Assembly: GCA_021792955.1 (NCBI GenBank)
Contig: JAJYTP010000003.1
Span: 18,037-82,036 of the forward strand
DNA length: 64,000 bases
Direction of reading: 5' to 3'
From: an archaeon
GTDB taxonomy: Archaea; Thermoproteota; Nitrososphaeria; Conexivisphaerales; UBA164
In this document: positions 8,959 to 18,790 of the stretch, in pieces
Position numbering within the stretch: the first letter of the stretch is position 1
Layout of the letters: each line of letters starts with the position of its first letter
Notes under the pieces: generated by a model
The model's input: the letters and a program-made list of their open reading frames with translations, nothing else
Database searches by the model: none
What the model was told of the DNA's origin: nothing
Translations under genes and position numbers: made by a program

Positions 8959-9813
8959 TTACTGCTGTGCTCCCTTTTCCTCTTGCTCCTTCTTCTTACT
9001 TCCCTTAGCCATAAGGTCCTTTACATCGAAGAGCCCAAGTGGAGATAGCCCGGCTGTAGGGATATTGGAGGGTATCATTACTAGTGAGCTGTTGGACCTG
9101 AGGCCAAGCTCATATAACATGTTCATCCATCTCAACTGAAACGCCAGTTCATTATTTTTGTACTGGTCAGCTGCCTGGACCATCTTCTCAGCTGCCTGTG
9201 ATTCTGCCAATGCGAGTGTGACCCTGGCCCTCCTTTCCCTTTCGGCCTGTGCCTGCGCCGACATGGCAGCCTGTAGCGAAGATGGTATCTTCAGGTCCCT
9301 GACCTCCACTGCGGTGACCTTTATTCCCCAGGATTCGGTCTTTTCGTCTATTATCCCCCTTACTATCGTTCCGATCTTCTCACGCTCGGCAAGAAGCTCG
9401 TCAAATACGGTCTGGCCTACCACCTCTCTCAGCGTGGTCTGAGCCGCATATTCCGTAGCAGCGCGATAGTTTTCGACGCTCAGGACGCTCTTCTGCACAT
9501 CGGCAGGCATGAAGTACATCACGGCGTCAACGTCCACTGGCACGTTATCCTTCGTCAGCGTCTGTTCGGTGACGAATGAATATACCTGTAATCTGGTCGA
9601 AATTTTTATTGGCATCTTGCTTATGAACGGAAATACGTATACGAGGCCTGGCCCCTTGATACCCATGAACCTCCCGAGGGTCAGAACAGGTGCCCTTTCC
9701 CATTCCCGTAGAATATGTAACCCGCTCAAGAATACGCCTACTACAACTACTATTATGAATATTGAGAAATAAAGTAATATATCTGACATATAAAGTATTA
9801 ACCCGCGGTTCAC
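8959..9813 (-). CDS. Stomatin/prohibitin-type SPFH (band 7) protein
   Basis: 284 aa. It has an N-terminal TM segment, then REWERAPVLTLGRF...GPGLVYVFPFI, a typical stomatin core, and a coiled AQAQAERERRA region. Confidence 0.85.
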   Translation of the reverse strand: MNRGLILYMSDILLYFSIFIIVVVVGVFLSGLHILREWERAPVLTLGRFMGIKGPGLVYVFPFISKMPIKISTRLQVYSFVTEQTLTKDNVPVDVDAVMYFMPADVQKSVLSVENYRAATEYAAQTTLREVVGQTVFDELLAEREKIGTIVRGIIDEKTESWGIKVTAVEVRDLKIPSSLQAAMSAQAQAERERRARVTLALAESQAAEKMVQAADQYKNNELAFQLRWMNMLYELGLRSNSSLVMIPSNIPTAGLSPLGLFDVKDLMAKGSKKKEQEEKGAQQ

Positions 9814-9970
9814 TATAAAAGGCTTTCCTAAGATTAAGCCAGCATAGCAATGTTCAACGGGCCGACAGAATTTTAATGGAACGCGTCAGCTGTAGAAAAG
9901 CCTTTTAATTTCAGCTAAACGCTCTCCCCTTGCCGAATCCCTTGGATAACTTCACGCTGCTGCCCCGAAT

Positions 9971-10369
9971 TTAATCGCCCAAATTTTCCATCGGCTTCTT
10001 GGAGAACAGGTTTTCCCTCAATTCCCTTTCTAATTCAGGATCGTTTCTTCTGAGCCATTCCAGCAGCAGTGAAAAGTGCTCCTTCTCATCGTCCCTATTA
10101 TGTTTCATCACAGCCTTCAGTGTTTCATCCTTGGTCGCGCTCGCCCTTTCATCATAAAACATGATGGCCTCTATTTCTTCAAGAAGTGACTGTCTGGCCC
10201 TGCTCAATTCGGCGGTCCTTTGATCCACATGTAAAATGTCTTCATATCTTGGCATACTGTTTAGCTCGGGATCAGCTCTCTTAAACCTTTCCAACGGCGG
10301 CTCTGGCCCCTTTGATAGTCCAATATATGGATGATCAGTGACCGCCGCCAATTGACCCTGGACTACCAT
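9971..10369 (-). CDS. Encapsulated-ferritin (EncFtn)-like ferritin-like protein, no obvious cargo-loading peptide
   Basis: 132 aa. EEIEAIMFYDERASATKDETLKAVMKHNRDDEKEHFSLLLEWLRRNDPELERELRENLF matches my recollection of the EncFtn family core (ExxE...Y, HNRDEEKEH, LEWLRR). The protein ends ...KKPMENLGD. Confidence 0.6.
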   Translation of the reverse strand: MVVQGQLAAVTDHPYIGLSKGPEPPLERFKRADPELNSMPRYEDILHVDQRTAELSRARQSLLEEIEAIMFYDERASATKDETLKAVMKHNRDDEKEHFSLLLEWLRRNDPELERELRENLFSKKPMENLGD

Positions 10370-10445
10370 TTACAGCCGTACCCTTAATTCGCTGGCCCTT
10401 GCGAGTTCGATGATGAAAAACGGCCTGCTGTGGGATTAGTATTGC

Positions 10446-12503
10446 CTAAATGCCCAGCTGTTGAAACATTTCACCTAGGTCGCCGGTTGGACGTTTGCAA
10501 AGCGTATCGGTGCAGACCCTGGCAATCGGCTCCTCTCCCCCGCCCTCAATGACATCTGTAAACGGCGCAAATTCAAGCCTGCCCTCCCGCGGCTTGTACA
10601 GGAGCATCTTATTGGGAAGGTACCGTTTCCTTAATGCCTCGGCCACTGGGCCTACGCGTCTTCCAGAACCTGTCAGAACCACCCTGTAAAGCGGGCCCAG
10701 TTCGGCATCCACCGCCTGCAGGAATCCAGTGTAAGAGGCAGGGTCCATCGCCGCTATTGATTTAGCCCATGAAAACGTCGACTCAAGCGCCCCCAGGTGG
10801 CTTTCCCTGTCGGTCATCCTTGCAATGTGCACCAGGTTCAGAGCGTGGATTGAATTACCAGAAGGCACGGCTCCATCGTACAGCTCCTTCTTCATGAAAG
10901 CCCTATCGGCGCTGAAATCCGGGATATTATAGAACCCACCTCCCTCCCTATCTAAGAAGTGTTTGATCGAAAAGTCAAGCAGCCTGATCGCCTCATCCAT
11001 GTACCTTTTCTCAAATGTGGCCTCGTAAAGCTCCCTCAGTCCCCAGCACAAATAGGCGTAATCATCAAGCAGCCCATTGATGGTGGCCGTATTATCCGCG
11101 TAAACATGATAAAGAGCTCCATCTCCAGCGACCAGTTTTGCCAGCACGAAATCCGCGCAACCCCTCGCCGCTTGCGCGTACCTGAAGTCGCCTATGGCCG
11201 AGTAGGCCTTTGAAAGGAAGGCTATGGCCATTCCATTGATATCGGACAGCACCTTTGTATCCGTCCTAGGCCTTATCCTCTCGCTTCTGCTTGCCAGCAG
11301 CCTTTTGGTTATGTCCAGGATCGTCCTGTTTAGCGCATCAGTTGTGAGGTTTAACCTTCCAGCAATGGCCTCCGGTGAATCGGCCAAGTAAAGCACGCTA
11401 GCCGGTTTGCCACCTCTTACGGCCACCTCAGCCGTGCCGAAGGCAGCCTTCGCCGGAGCCAGCAGCTCCGTGGGCAGTACCCTTTCTAACTCGGACCTGT
11501 CCCAGAGGTAGAACCTCCCCTCCTCCCCTTCGCTGTCGGCATCTATTGCGGTGTAGAAAGCGCCGTCGGGGGACTTGATCTCAGTGGAAACAAAATTGAA
11601 AATTTCGTTTACAACGGTTGCATACAGCTCGTTACCGGTTGCCTGGTATGCCTCTGCATAAATATAGCCCAGCAGTGCTTGATCGTACATCATCTTTTCA
11701 AAATGAGGCAGGAACCATTCTCTGTCGACCGCATAACGATGAAAGCCCCCTCCAAGCTGGTCAAATACGCCTCCCTTCCTCATGGCCATCAGCGTAGTTT
11801 CAACCATTTGCAGGGCCTCCGGGCTGTTGAACCGCCTCCAGTACCTCAGCAGGAACCCGAGCCTTTGGGCTGCTGGGAACTTGGGACCGGATCCAAACCC
11901 CCCAAACTCCCTATCAAAGGAGGAGCTCAGACTTTCAAAGGCGCCCTTCATCAGGGCGACGCCCTCAACAGTGGAAGGGTTGGCATTGGCCACTTCATTG
12001 CCGTAATTGGGCGCCCCTCTGGCATCCATAAGTAATGGTGACCTATCGCGCCAGGCCTTGATCACCATAGGAAGGAGTTCCATTAACCCAATCATCCCTC
12101 CCCTAGAACTTTTCGGGATATAGGTGGCCGCGAAGACTACCACCTTGTCAGGGGTCATAATGATGGTCATGGGCCAGCCGCCCGACCCCGTTGATGAAAC
12201 ACATATGTCCATAAAGTGGCTGTCAAGGTCCGGCCTTTCCTCCCTGTCTATCAGTATGGCAATGAAGTGATCGTTGATCAGTCCGGCCACACCTTCATCC
12301 ATGAACGATTCCCTTTCCATGACATGGCACCAGTGGCAGGAAAGGTACCCTATGGATATGAATAGCAGCTTCCCCTCTGACCTAGCCTTCTCTAACGCTT
12401 CTTCGCCCCAAGGATACCAGCATACCAGGTCCTTCGTATGGTCCTGCAGGTAAGGGCTGTGCGACCCCTCCAAATGCGTGTTTCCCCCCGCGCCTGCCTT
12501 CAA
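10446..12503 (-). CDS. Thioredoxin-domain protein of the DUF255/YyaL (SPATA20-like) family
   Basis: 685 aa. It has N-terminal GYLSCHWCHVMERESF (thioredoxin-like CxxC) followed by a long alpha/alpha-toroid-like region, the typical architecture and length. Confidence 0.8.
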   Translation of the reverse strand: MKAGAGGNTHLEGSHSPYLQDHTKDLVCWYPWGEEALEKARSEGKLLFISIGYLSCHWCHVMERESFMDEGVAGLINDHFIAILIDREERPDLDSHFMDICVSSTGSGGWPMTIIMTPDKVVVFAATYIPKSSRGGMIGLMELLPMVIKAWRDRSPLLMDARGAPNYGNEVANANPSTVEGVALMKGAFESLSSSFDREFGGFGSGPKFPAAQRLGFLLRYWRRFNSPEALQMVETTLMAMRKGGVFDQLGGGFHRYAVDREWFLPHFEKMMYDQALLGYIYAEAYQATGNELYATVVNEIFNFVSTEIKSPDGAFYTAIDADSEGEEGRFYLWDRSELERVLPTELLAPAKAAFGTAEVAVRGGKPASVLYLADSPEAIAGRLNLTTDALNRTILDITKRLLASRSERIRPRTDTKVLSDINGMAIAFLSKAYSAIGDFRYAQAARGCADFVLAKLVAGDGALYHVYADNTATINGLLDDYAYLCWGLRELYEATFEKRYMDEAIRLLDFSIKHFLDREGGGFYNIPDFSADRAFMKKELYDGAVPSGNSIHALNLVHIARMTDRESHLGALESTFSWAKSIAAMDPASYTGFLQAVDAELGPLYRVVLTGSGRRVGPVAEALRKRYLPNKMLLYKPREGRLEFAPFTDVIEGGGEEPIARVCTDTLCKRPTGDLGEMFQQLGI

Positions 12504-12649
12504 TTTACCCTTAAATTTGCGCCTTTGTGCTTAAACGTTTCTCGAAAATCTGGGAAGCGCTACGTGGTGCTCGATGCGGAGGGACGTAATGGTTTAGGGG
12601 ATTGAGGTATCATCGTAACACTAAAATATCCACATGAGGTCATATATCC

Positions 12650-13312
12650 ATGCCCGTTGATACGAACGTAAGGACCACCTTTGCGTCCATAAGCGATAAG
12701 TATGACAGGATGAACAGGCTTCTGTCGCTATTTATGGACGACGCATGGAGAAGACATATGCTGGCAATGCTTCCTCATACGGGTACCATATTGGATGTGG
12801 GATGCGGCACCGGAAGGCTGGAATACCTTTTACATAAAGATGAGCGCTGGAGAGTGGTCGGGGTTGACCTGACTGCGGAGATGCTCAGGTTAAATGGATA
12901 CGCGGAAGGCGGGATAGTCCAGGGGTCTGCCACTCTCCTCCCTTTCAGGGACAACAGCTTTGCCGGGCTCATGAGCGCCTTTGTCCTCAGGAACCTTCCA
13001 TCTACCCGTGACTTCTTTGCTGAGGCATGGCGCGTGACCAGGAAGGACGGCCACCTTCTCACCCTGGATATACTTCCCACAAGGGGGCGCATCACGGGGA
13101 TACCATTTGAACTGTACTTTTACAGGATGGCCCCATTTATGGCCGACCGTATTTCGGGGACAACGGCGTACAGCTACCTGGCCAGGAGCGTCCAGGGCTT
13201 CAAATACATAGATGAGCTGCTGCTAGAAATTTCAGCTGCAGGCTTTGAGCAGAACGTTGTAAAGTCCTTCAGGGGAACGCATGTGTTCCTGATAGACTCA
13301 AAAAAGGCCTAA
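12650..13312 (+). CDS. ubiE: Demethylmenaquinone/ubiquinone-type methyltransferase (UbiE/MenG family)
   Basis: 220 aa. It has FASISDKYDRMNRLLSLFMDDAWRR and motif I ILDVGCGTGRL. Confidence 0.65.
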   Translation: MPVDTNVRTTFASISDKYDRMNRLLSLFMDDAWRRHMLAMLPHTGTILDVGCGTGRLEYLLHKDERWRVVGVDLTAEMLRLNGYAEGGIVQGSATLLPFRDNSFAGLMSAFVLRNLPSTRDFFAEAWRVTRKDGHLLTLDILPTRGRITGIPFELYFYRMAPFMADRISGTTAYSYLARSVQGFKYIDELLLEISAAGFEQNVVKSFRGTHVFLIDSKKA

Positions 13313-14037
13313 CCTCCAGCTTCATCCGCGCCCGGTTTTGTCATCCCGGTTGATGAACCCCGATAGCTGCCCAGGCCGGGGATATACCTGTTTACAAATT
13401 CAAATATGTCCAGCAGCAGCTTCCTGTCCTTCAGGCCAAATATAACTAAGGCTACGGCAAGGCCAAGAAGGCCACCCCCTATGACGTCGAGCGGCCAGTG
13501 GACTCCTACAAAGACCCTGGCTATCGACACCAGGAACGCCTCTACGCTGAGGGGAACATACCATCTTTTGCTCAGGGTTAGCAGGCTCATTCCGGCCCCA
13601 CTCCAGACTATAAGCGCATGTCCTGACGGATAGCTCGCGTCCAGGGGCCTGGCTATAAGCGGATTGATATTAAGATACAAGAAGGGCCTCTGCATCGCCA
13701 GAGCGTCCTTCATGATTGTTCCTATTATTATATCAGCTATGAACGCTACGGATATCATGAAGGCCGCGGTGCGATGCCTTTTATTTCCGAGGAACCATAA
13801 CGCTGCCACTACTGGTATCCAGAAGTACTCCCTTCCGTACAGGGCCATGATTATCATAAATGAGTTCAAGGTAGGACTTACCCCGCTCAGCCCGAATATC
13901 TCATAGAACAGGGAGACGTTGAACCAGTTATCTTCTCCGACAAGCACCAGGTAGATCGTGATAAGAAGTACAGCCAGAGCCAGTAACGCCCCCAGCAGCA
14001 TATAAGCTCTCGGCTTCATGCTATTGACAGGGGCCAT
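13309..14037 (-). CDS. PAP2-family membrane phosphatase
   Basis: 242 aa, polytopic. The PAP2 motifs KDALAMQRP, SYPSGHA and ARVFVGVHWPLDV are present. Confidence 0.7.
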   Translation of the reverse strand: MAPVNSMKPRAYMLLGALLALAVLLITIYLVLVGEDNWFNVSLFYEIFGLSGVSPTLNSFMIIMALYGREYFWIPVVAALWFLGNKRHRTAAFMISVAFIADIIIGTIMKDALAMQRPFLYLNINPLIARPLDASYPSGHALIVWSGAGMSLLTLSKRWYVPLSVEAFLVSIARVFVGVHWPLDVIGGGLLGLAVALVIFGLKDRKLLLDIFEFVNRYIPGLGSYRGSSTGMTKPGADEAGG

Positions 14038-14146
14038 GCCCTTTAAAACCTTTACAACGGATTATTTGTTGGCTCTAGCTGGAATTGCGATAACATGTGC
14101 GGATGGGCGGCGGCCCTCAGGGGCAAGGGCCAATAACCACGGTTGG

Positions 14147-15925
14147 TCAACCAACGAAGTAGTAATGACCTTCCATCTTCTGCTGTCTGTCAAGCTTGCT
14201 GTCCGGCTTGTTCACACGCGGCCTTCCAGTTGACGCGTCCCTTCGGTATGTTATCTTCATGTCCTTTAGGAATGCGTTCATGGCTGCGGCCTTCCCCATG
14301 GGCCCTATGACCTCCCCCTTTTCGTCTGGCGTGCCCTTAAGTATCATCATGGAATCCGATATTATATCAAGGAGCATCAGGTCATGGTCTATTACGAGGC
14401 CGGCCCTCCCATTTCTCTTGATGTAGTTTGCTAACACCTTTGCCAGCATTATCCTGTCCTCTATGTCGGTAAAGGCCGAGGGCTCATCCAGCGCGTACAC
14501 CTGTGAATCTCTCAGCATCGTCAGTGCTATGGCGACCTTCTGTAGCTCCCCTCCGCTCAGGTTTTCAACCCTCTTTGAAAGGAGGGCGTCTATCCGGAGC
14601 GGCCTGATGAGATATGTCATGTTCTCCTCTGAATTCCATTCGCTCGAACCGGAACTTATCAGCTGTTCCACGGTACCATCGAAATCGCTGCTCAGGTACT
14701 GCGGCTTATAGGATATCTTGATGTCCTTGCTGACGGTCCCTTCATCAGGCTCCTCAACCCCGGCCAGCAGCTTTAGAAACGTGGTCTTGCCCAGCCCGTT
14801 AGCCCCCATTATGCCAACTATTTCGCTTTCATTAAGAAAGCCCTCCGAAACGCTCAATTCGAATTTATGGTATTTCTTTTTCATAGCTCCATAGGAGAGC
14901 AGCTTAACCCCACCCCCTTCAGATTTTATATCGGTATGGGCGTTGAAGATAACAGGATTATCCCTGAAACGTACGTTCTCTTCGGGTATCGTGCCGTTCA
15001 GCAGGGCGTTTATGCCCGCCGTATTGGTCATCAGGTTCGAAACTATTCCATAGACGGATGGCTCTCCGTAAATTATATGCACGTAATCGCTTGCATAGTC
15101 CAGAAAAGTTAGGTCGTGCTCTATCAGCAGCACACCGCTCCCCTTCTCAGCAAGCCTTCGGATCAGCATCGCCACCCTTATCCTGTTATTCACATCTATG
15201 AATGAACTGGGTTCATCGAAGAAATAATAATCGCTTTTCCTGGAGGCGGCAACTATTAATGCGAGCTTCTGCAGCTGGCCGCCGCTCAGCTCGGAGGGAA
15301 GCTTATCCAGTTCGCCTGAAAATTCCAGCTCGCTAATCCAGCTGGCTGCCTCCCCTTCATCATATTTATCGATCATCTCCCTGACCGATTTGGGCCATAG
15401 GGCCGGGATCTGGTAAATTGCCTGTGGCTTAAGCGAAACCTTCAGGCTTCCGGACGAAAGCTCCTTGATATAGTTAAGCATGATGTTGCCCTTAAAGTGG
15501 GAAATCACATCGTTCCAGCTGACCGGGCTGTCATACGAGCCCAGATTGGGCACCATGTTGCCCGAAAGGATGTTTATCGCGGTAGTCTTTCCTATGCCGT
15601 TTTTCCCGGTTAATCCGACTATGTATCCGCGTTTCAGCTGTGGAAGCCTGTACAGCCTGAACGTATTAGGGCCGTACTGATGCATCCTCGCTTCGCCGAC
15701 CTCCGAGGGAAGGTTTATTATGTCTATGGCATCGAAGGGGCATTTCTTTACGCATATGCCGCATCCTATGCAGAGGCTCTCACTGATCACGGGGTAACTA
15801 TCGGCGCCGAATTCGATAACCTTCTCGCCTGATATCTGGGGTGGGCAGAACCGCTGGCACTCGTGATTGCATTTTGTAGGCTTGCATACGTCCCTGTCTA
15901 TCACCGCCACCCTGGTCGATTGCAT
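14147..15925 (-). CDS. abce1: ABCE1 / RNase L inhibitor-type ribosome recycling ATPase
   Basis: 592 aa. It has N-terminal 4Fe-4S motifs (CKPTKCNHECQRFCP, CIGCGICVKKCP), two ABC cassettes (GLTGKNGIGKTT, GIMGANGLGKTT) and LSGG signatures. Confidence 0.9.
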   Translation of the reverse strand: MQSTRVAVIDRDVCKPTKCNHECQRFCPPQISGEKVIEFGADSYPVISESLCIGCGICVKKCPFDAIDIINLPSEVGEARMHQYGPNTFRLYRLPQLKRGYIVGLTGKNGIGKTTAINILSGNMVPNLGSYDSPVSWNDVISHFKGNIMLNYIKELSSGSLKVSLKPQAIYQIPALWPKSVREMIDKYDEGEAASWISELEFSGELDKLPSELSGGQLQKLALIVAASRKSDYYFFDEPSSFIDVNNRIRVAMLIRRLAEKGSGVLLIEHDLTFLDYASDYVHIIYGEPSVYGIVSNLMTNTAGINALLNGTIPEENVRFRDNPVIFNAHTDIKSEGGGVKLLSYGAMKKKYHKFELSVSEGFLNESEIVGIMGANGLGKTTFLKLLAGVEEPDEGTVSKDIKISYKPQYLSSDFDGTVEQLISSGSSEWNSEENMTYLIRPLRIDALLSKRVENLSGGELQKVAIALTMLRDSQVYALDEPSAFTDIEDRIMLAKVLANYIKRNGRAGLVIDHDLMLLDIISDSMMILKGTPDEKGEVIGPMGKAAAMNAFLKDMKITYRRDASTGRPRVNKPDSKLDRQQKMEGHYYFVG

Positions 15926-16025
15926 GTAGTGACGGGGGGACGTCGGTTTTTAACTCTGTCGATAGTTCCCGGTGGCCCCCTTTCGCTATCCCCTCACGGT
16001 TTCCCAGGATAATAGACCATGGACC

Positions 16026-16511
16026 TCAAATTTCATCCTGTAGGTGTTTCCAGAAGCCATCGACTATAGTAAGATACTCCGGTCCTTCAGTAAGCCTGCG
16101 CTTGACGGCCAGCGAGCCGATGGGCTCCATCTCCAATGATTCAAGCGCCCTTAATGTAGCCCTTACGTACCTATCAGCGTCAAAACCGCCATAGGTCATG
16201 AAATACCCAACGCGTTTGCCCGCAGTTCCTCGTAGGCTCTTTAAAAGCCGGTTAAATGGCGGGCAACTAACGGTCCATTTTGGGCTGCCCACCAGAATCA
16301 GGTCATATTTACCGACATCAAGCAGCCCAAGGTCTATATCGACATAGCTTCCGGGAAAAAATGAAAGAATAAGCCATTGCCAGTATTCCCTGTCCTTTTT
16401 AGGGGAGGCCTGGAGGATAGTCACTTCGTGGCCGGCTGCATCATTCATAAGCCTGGCCGCCACTTTGGCGGTGGCTCCGCGCCAGCTGAAATATGCGATC
16501 AGTATTTTCAA
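16026..16511 (-). CDS. Flavodoxin-like fold protein
   Basis: 161 aa. MKILIAYFSWRGATAKVA has a flavodoxin-type N-terminus, and DLILVGSPKW is a second phosphate/isoalloxazine loop pattern. Confidence 0.5.
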   Translation of the reverse strand: MKILIAYFSWRGATAKVAARLMNDAAGHEVTILQASPKKDREYWQWLILSFFPGSYVDIDLGLLDVGKYDLILVGSPKWTVSCPPFNRLLKSLRGTAGKRVGYFMTYGGFDADRYVRATLRALESLEMEPIGSLAVKRRLTEGPEYLTIVDGFWKHLQDEI

Positions 16512-16580
16512 CGACCTTTTTGTTAAGCCACTGGTAAATATCGGTTGTGTTATGATCGAGGCCGCAATGGCGAACCTTGG

Positions 16581-17111
16581 TCAGACCCTAAAATGGGCCC
16601 TGCAGCGGGGTTCATACACGTCCTCTCCACCTATCAATATGCTCTTGTTGGAGCTGACCTTTCTGGCGGAAAAGGTGGCCGGTTCGCCGCAGATCATGCA
16701 GACCGCCGTCAATTTGATAACTTCGTCGGCTATGGCCAGCAGGCCGGGCATGGGCCCAAACGGCTCGCCCAGATAGTTCTTGTCCAGACCAGCGATGATC
16801 ACCCTCTTTCCGTCGTTCGCCAGGCCTCCTACGACATCTATGACGCCTTCATCGAAGAACTGGGCTTCGTCTATTCCGATGACTTCATAGCCCTTGGACT
16901 GGGGCACTATCTCGGCTGACCCGTTCACCGCTATGGCCGGCATATATCTGCCATCATGGCTTTTGACCATATCATTTAATCTAGTGTCTATAGAATGTTT
17001 GAAAAGGACTACCTTCTTGTTCGCAAAATTGTAACGCTTTAATTCTATGAGGAGCTCCTCCGTCTTCCTTGAGAACATGGGGCCTGAATAGACCTTAATC
17101 CAACCGCCCAT
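16581..17111 (-). CDS. tdk: Thymidine kinase
   Basis: 176 aa. It has the P-loop-like GPMFSRKTEELL, IGIDEAQFF, and the C-terminal zinc site CMICGEPA...RCRAHF. Confidence 0.85.
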   Translation of the reverse strand: MGGWIKVYSGPMFSRKTEELLIELKRYNFANKKVVLFKHSIDTRLNDMVKSHDGRYMPAIAVNGSAEIVPQSKGYEVIGIDEAQFFDEGVIDVVGGLANDGKRVIIAGLDKNYLGEPFGPMPGLLAIADEVIKLTAVCMICGEPATFSARKVSSNKSILIGGEDVYEPRCRAHFRV

Positions 17112-17278
17112 GGACAGCTTTTAAACCCTAGGCTTTTAAGCATTAAGGGGACTGTCTGAATGGAAACTTGGTTGAATAATAGTGTTAAGCGGATGGCGCA
17201 ACCCCACATCAATCAACGTTGACTTACGCCTTGACTTTTTAAATATATTTATTAACCTTATAACACAGTTTCCATACA

Positions 17279-18010
17279 ATGAGAGTACATCTTCCACTGC
17301 TCAATAACCTGGTGGCCATCGAGGTAGCTAAAAGACACGGGATGAGTGTGGAACTTAACTTTGATACAAGGAAGCTAGGCACCAGCAAGGAGGAGGTGCT
17401 GGCGGTAAGGGATGCGGGGAGGGGTATAGCTAAGAGCGTCCATGGTCCATTTATGGATCTAAACCCCGGGGCCCTTGACCAGGATGTCAGAAAACTCACG
17501 CTTGACAGGTTGGGATGGGCGATCGAAACAGCCACGCTCCTGGAGGTCGATGATTTGATTATCCATGACGGCTACATCCCCCTCATATACGGCTATCCAT
17601 CCCTGAAAGGCGGATGGCTCCAGAGGGCCAGTGAGCTCCTGGGGGAGATCTCAAAAATGGGAAGGGATAGGGGGATAAGGGTGCTCCTGGAGAACATGTT
17701 CACGGACGATCCCCTGATGATAAAGGCGCTGGCTGAAGAAGCCGGGCTGAACGTCTGTCTGGATGTAGGTCATATCTCCTTTTCATCAAATATCGCAGTG
17801 GAGGAGTGGGTGAACGTCCTTCATCCATTAATAAAGGAAGTGCATGTCCATGACAACGATGGGGCTTCAGATGAACATCTGGCGCTTGGAGCCGGCACCA
17901 TCAAATTTGATCCAGTCATTTCCTTAATTTCCATGTTCACCTTAGAACTGGGCAGCGAGGCTGACCTGGAAGCTTCAATCGATTATATGAGGGAAAGGGG
18001 ATGGATCTAG
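17279..18010 (+). CDS. Xylose isomerase-like TIM-barrel protein (sugar phosphate isomerase/epimerase or AP-endonuclease-2 superfamily)
   Basis: 243 aa. It has VLLENM, LDVGH and VHVHDNDGASDEHLALGAG, the metal-ligand pattern of this superfamily. Confidence 0.55.
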   Translation: MRVHLPLLNNLVAIEVAKRHGMSVELNFDTRKLGTSKEEVLAVRDAGRGIAKSVHGPFMDLNPGALDQDVRKLTLDRLGWAIETATLLEVDDLIIHDGYIPLIYGYPSLKGGWLQRASELLGEISKMGRDRGIRVLLENMFTDDPLMIKALAEEAGLNVCLDVGHISFSSNIAVEEWVNVLHPLIKEVHVHDNDGASDEHLALGAGTIKFDPVISLISMFTLELGSEADLEASIDYMRERGWI

Positions 18011-18786
18011 AGGAATTCAAAGCCGCGATAGAGGATACCAAGAGGCTGGTGACGGCGAGCGCGATAAGAGCGTTTCACCGGGATCTAATCAATGTCACGC
18101 TCATGGGAAGCACTGTTAACTCCGAATATAAGATCATAAATCAGGACCTGGATTTCCTGGTGGTTATTGGCAGGCTTAATGCGTACGATATAAGGGCATA
18201 TGCCATGGCTCTGGAGGATATCAAGGGGAAATCAAAACAGGTAAGGATAGAATGGACTATCAAGGACGGCCCATGGAAGCCATCTATAGACGGTAAACCG
18301 CTTATAGCTGTACATATGAACCTGGAAACGCAGCTGGCAGTATGGAGGAGGGCCACCCATCAGACCAATCTGGCGAGGAGCATGTTTCTCAACTGTGAAA
18401 CACTACACGGCTTACCTCTTAGGGACCTATTTCCGATTCTACCATATACCCCTCAGAAGGCGCTTTCGGACTGCTACGCCTTTCCCTGGCTCAAGGGGCT
18501 TCTGTTTGCCGCAGTTAAAATGAAGCCAGATTCTAGGTTCGAGCTGTTTCAGTATGCTACACTCAGCGCCGCCCTCAATTATAGGCTGCTTAAGGGAGGG
18601 AGCGAAGGTAGAATAGAAGCTGCAAAATCGATGATGAAGAACAGGCCCCGGTGGTCAGGGCTTCTGTCAAGTGTGCTAGAGGGCAGGATGGAGGTTAAAC
18701 CCAGGGCCGATCTACGGGACCTCAGGAGGGCAATCGAATTTATAGACGAGCTGGAGGAGGAAATAGTTGATAAGAAGAAGAATTGA
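18001..18786 (+). CDS. Putative nucleotidyltransferase-fold protein (Pol-beta superfamily) with helical C-terminal domain
   Basis: 261 aa. LMGSTVNSEYKIINQDLDFLVVIG fits the GS...DxD minimal NTase motif. It overlaps the upstream gene by 10 nt. Confidence 0.4.
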   Translation: MDLEEFKAAIEDTKRLVTASAIRAFHRDLINVTLMGSTVNSEYKIINQDLDFLVVIGRLNAYDIRAYAMALEDIKGKSKQVRIEWTIKDGPWKPSIDGKPLIAVHMNLETQLAVWRRATHQTNLARSMFLNCETLHGLPLRDLFPILPYTPQKALSDCYAFPWLKGLLFAAVKMKPDSRFELFQYATLSAALNYRLLKGGSEGRIEAAKSMMKNRPRWSGLLSSVLEGRMEVKPRADLRDLRRAIEFIDELEEEIVDKKKN

Positions 18787-18790
18787 TTGC

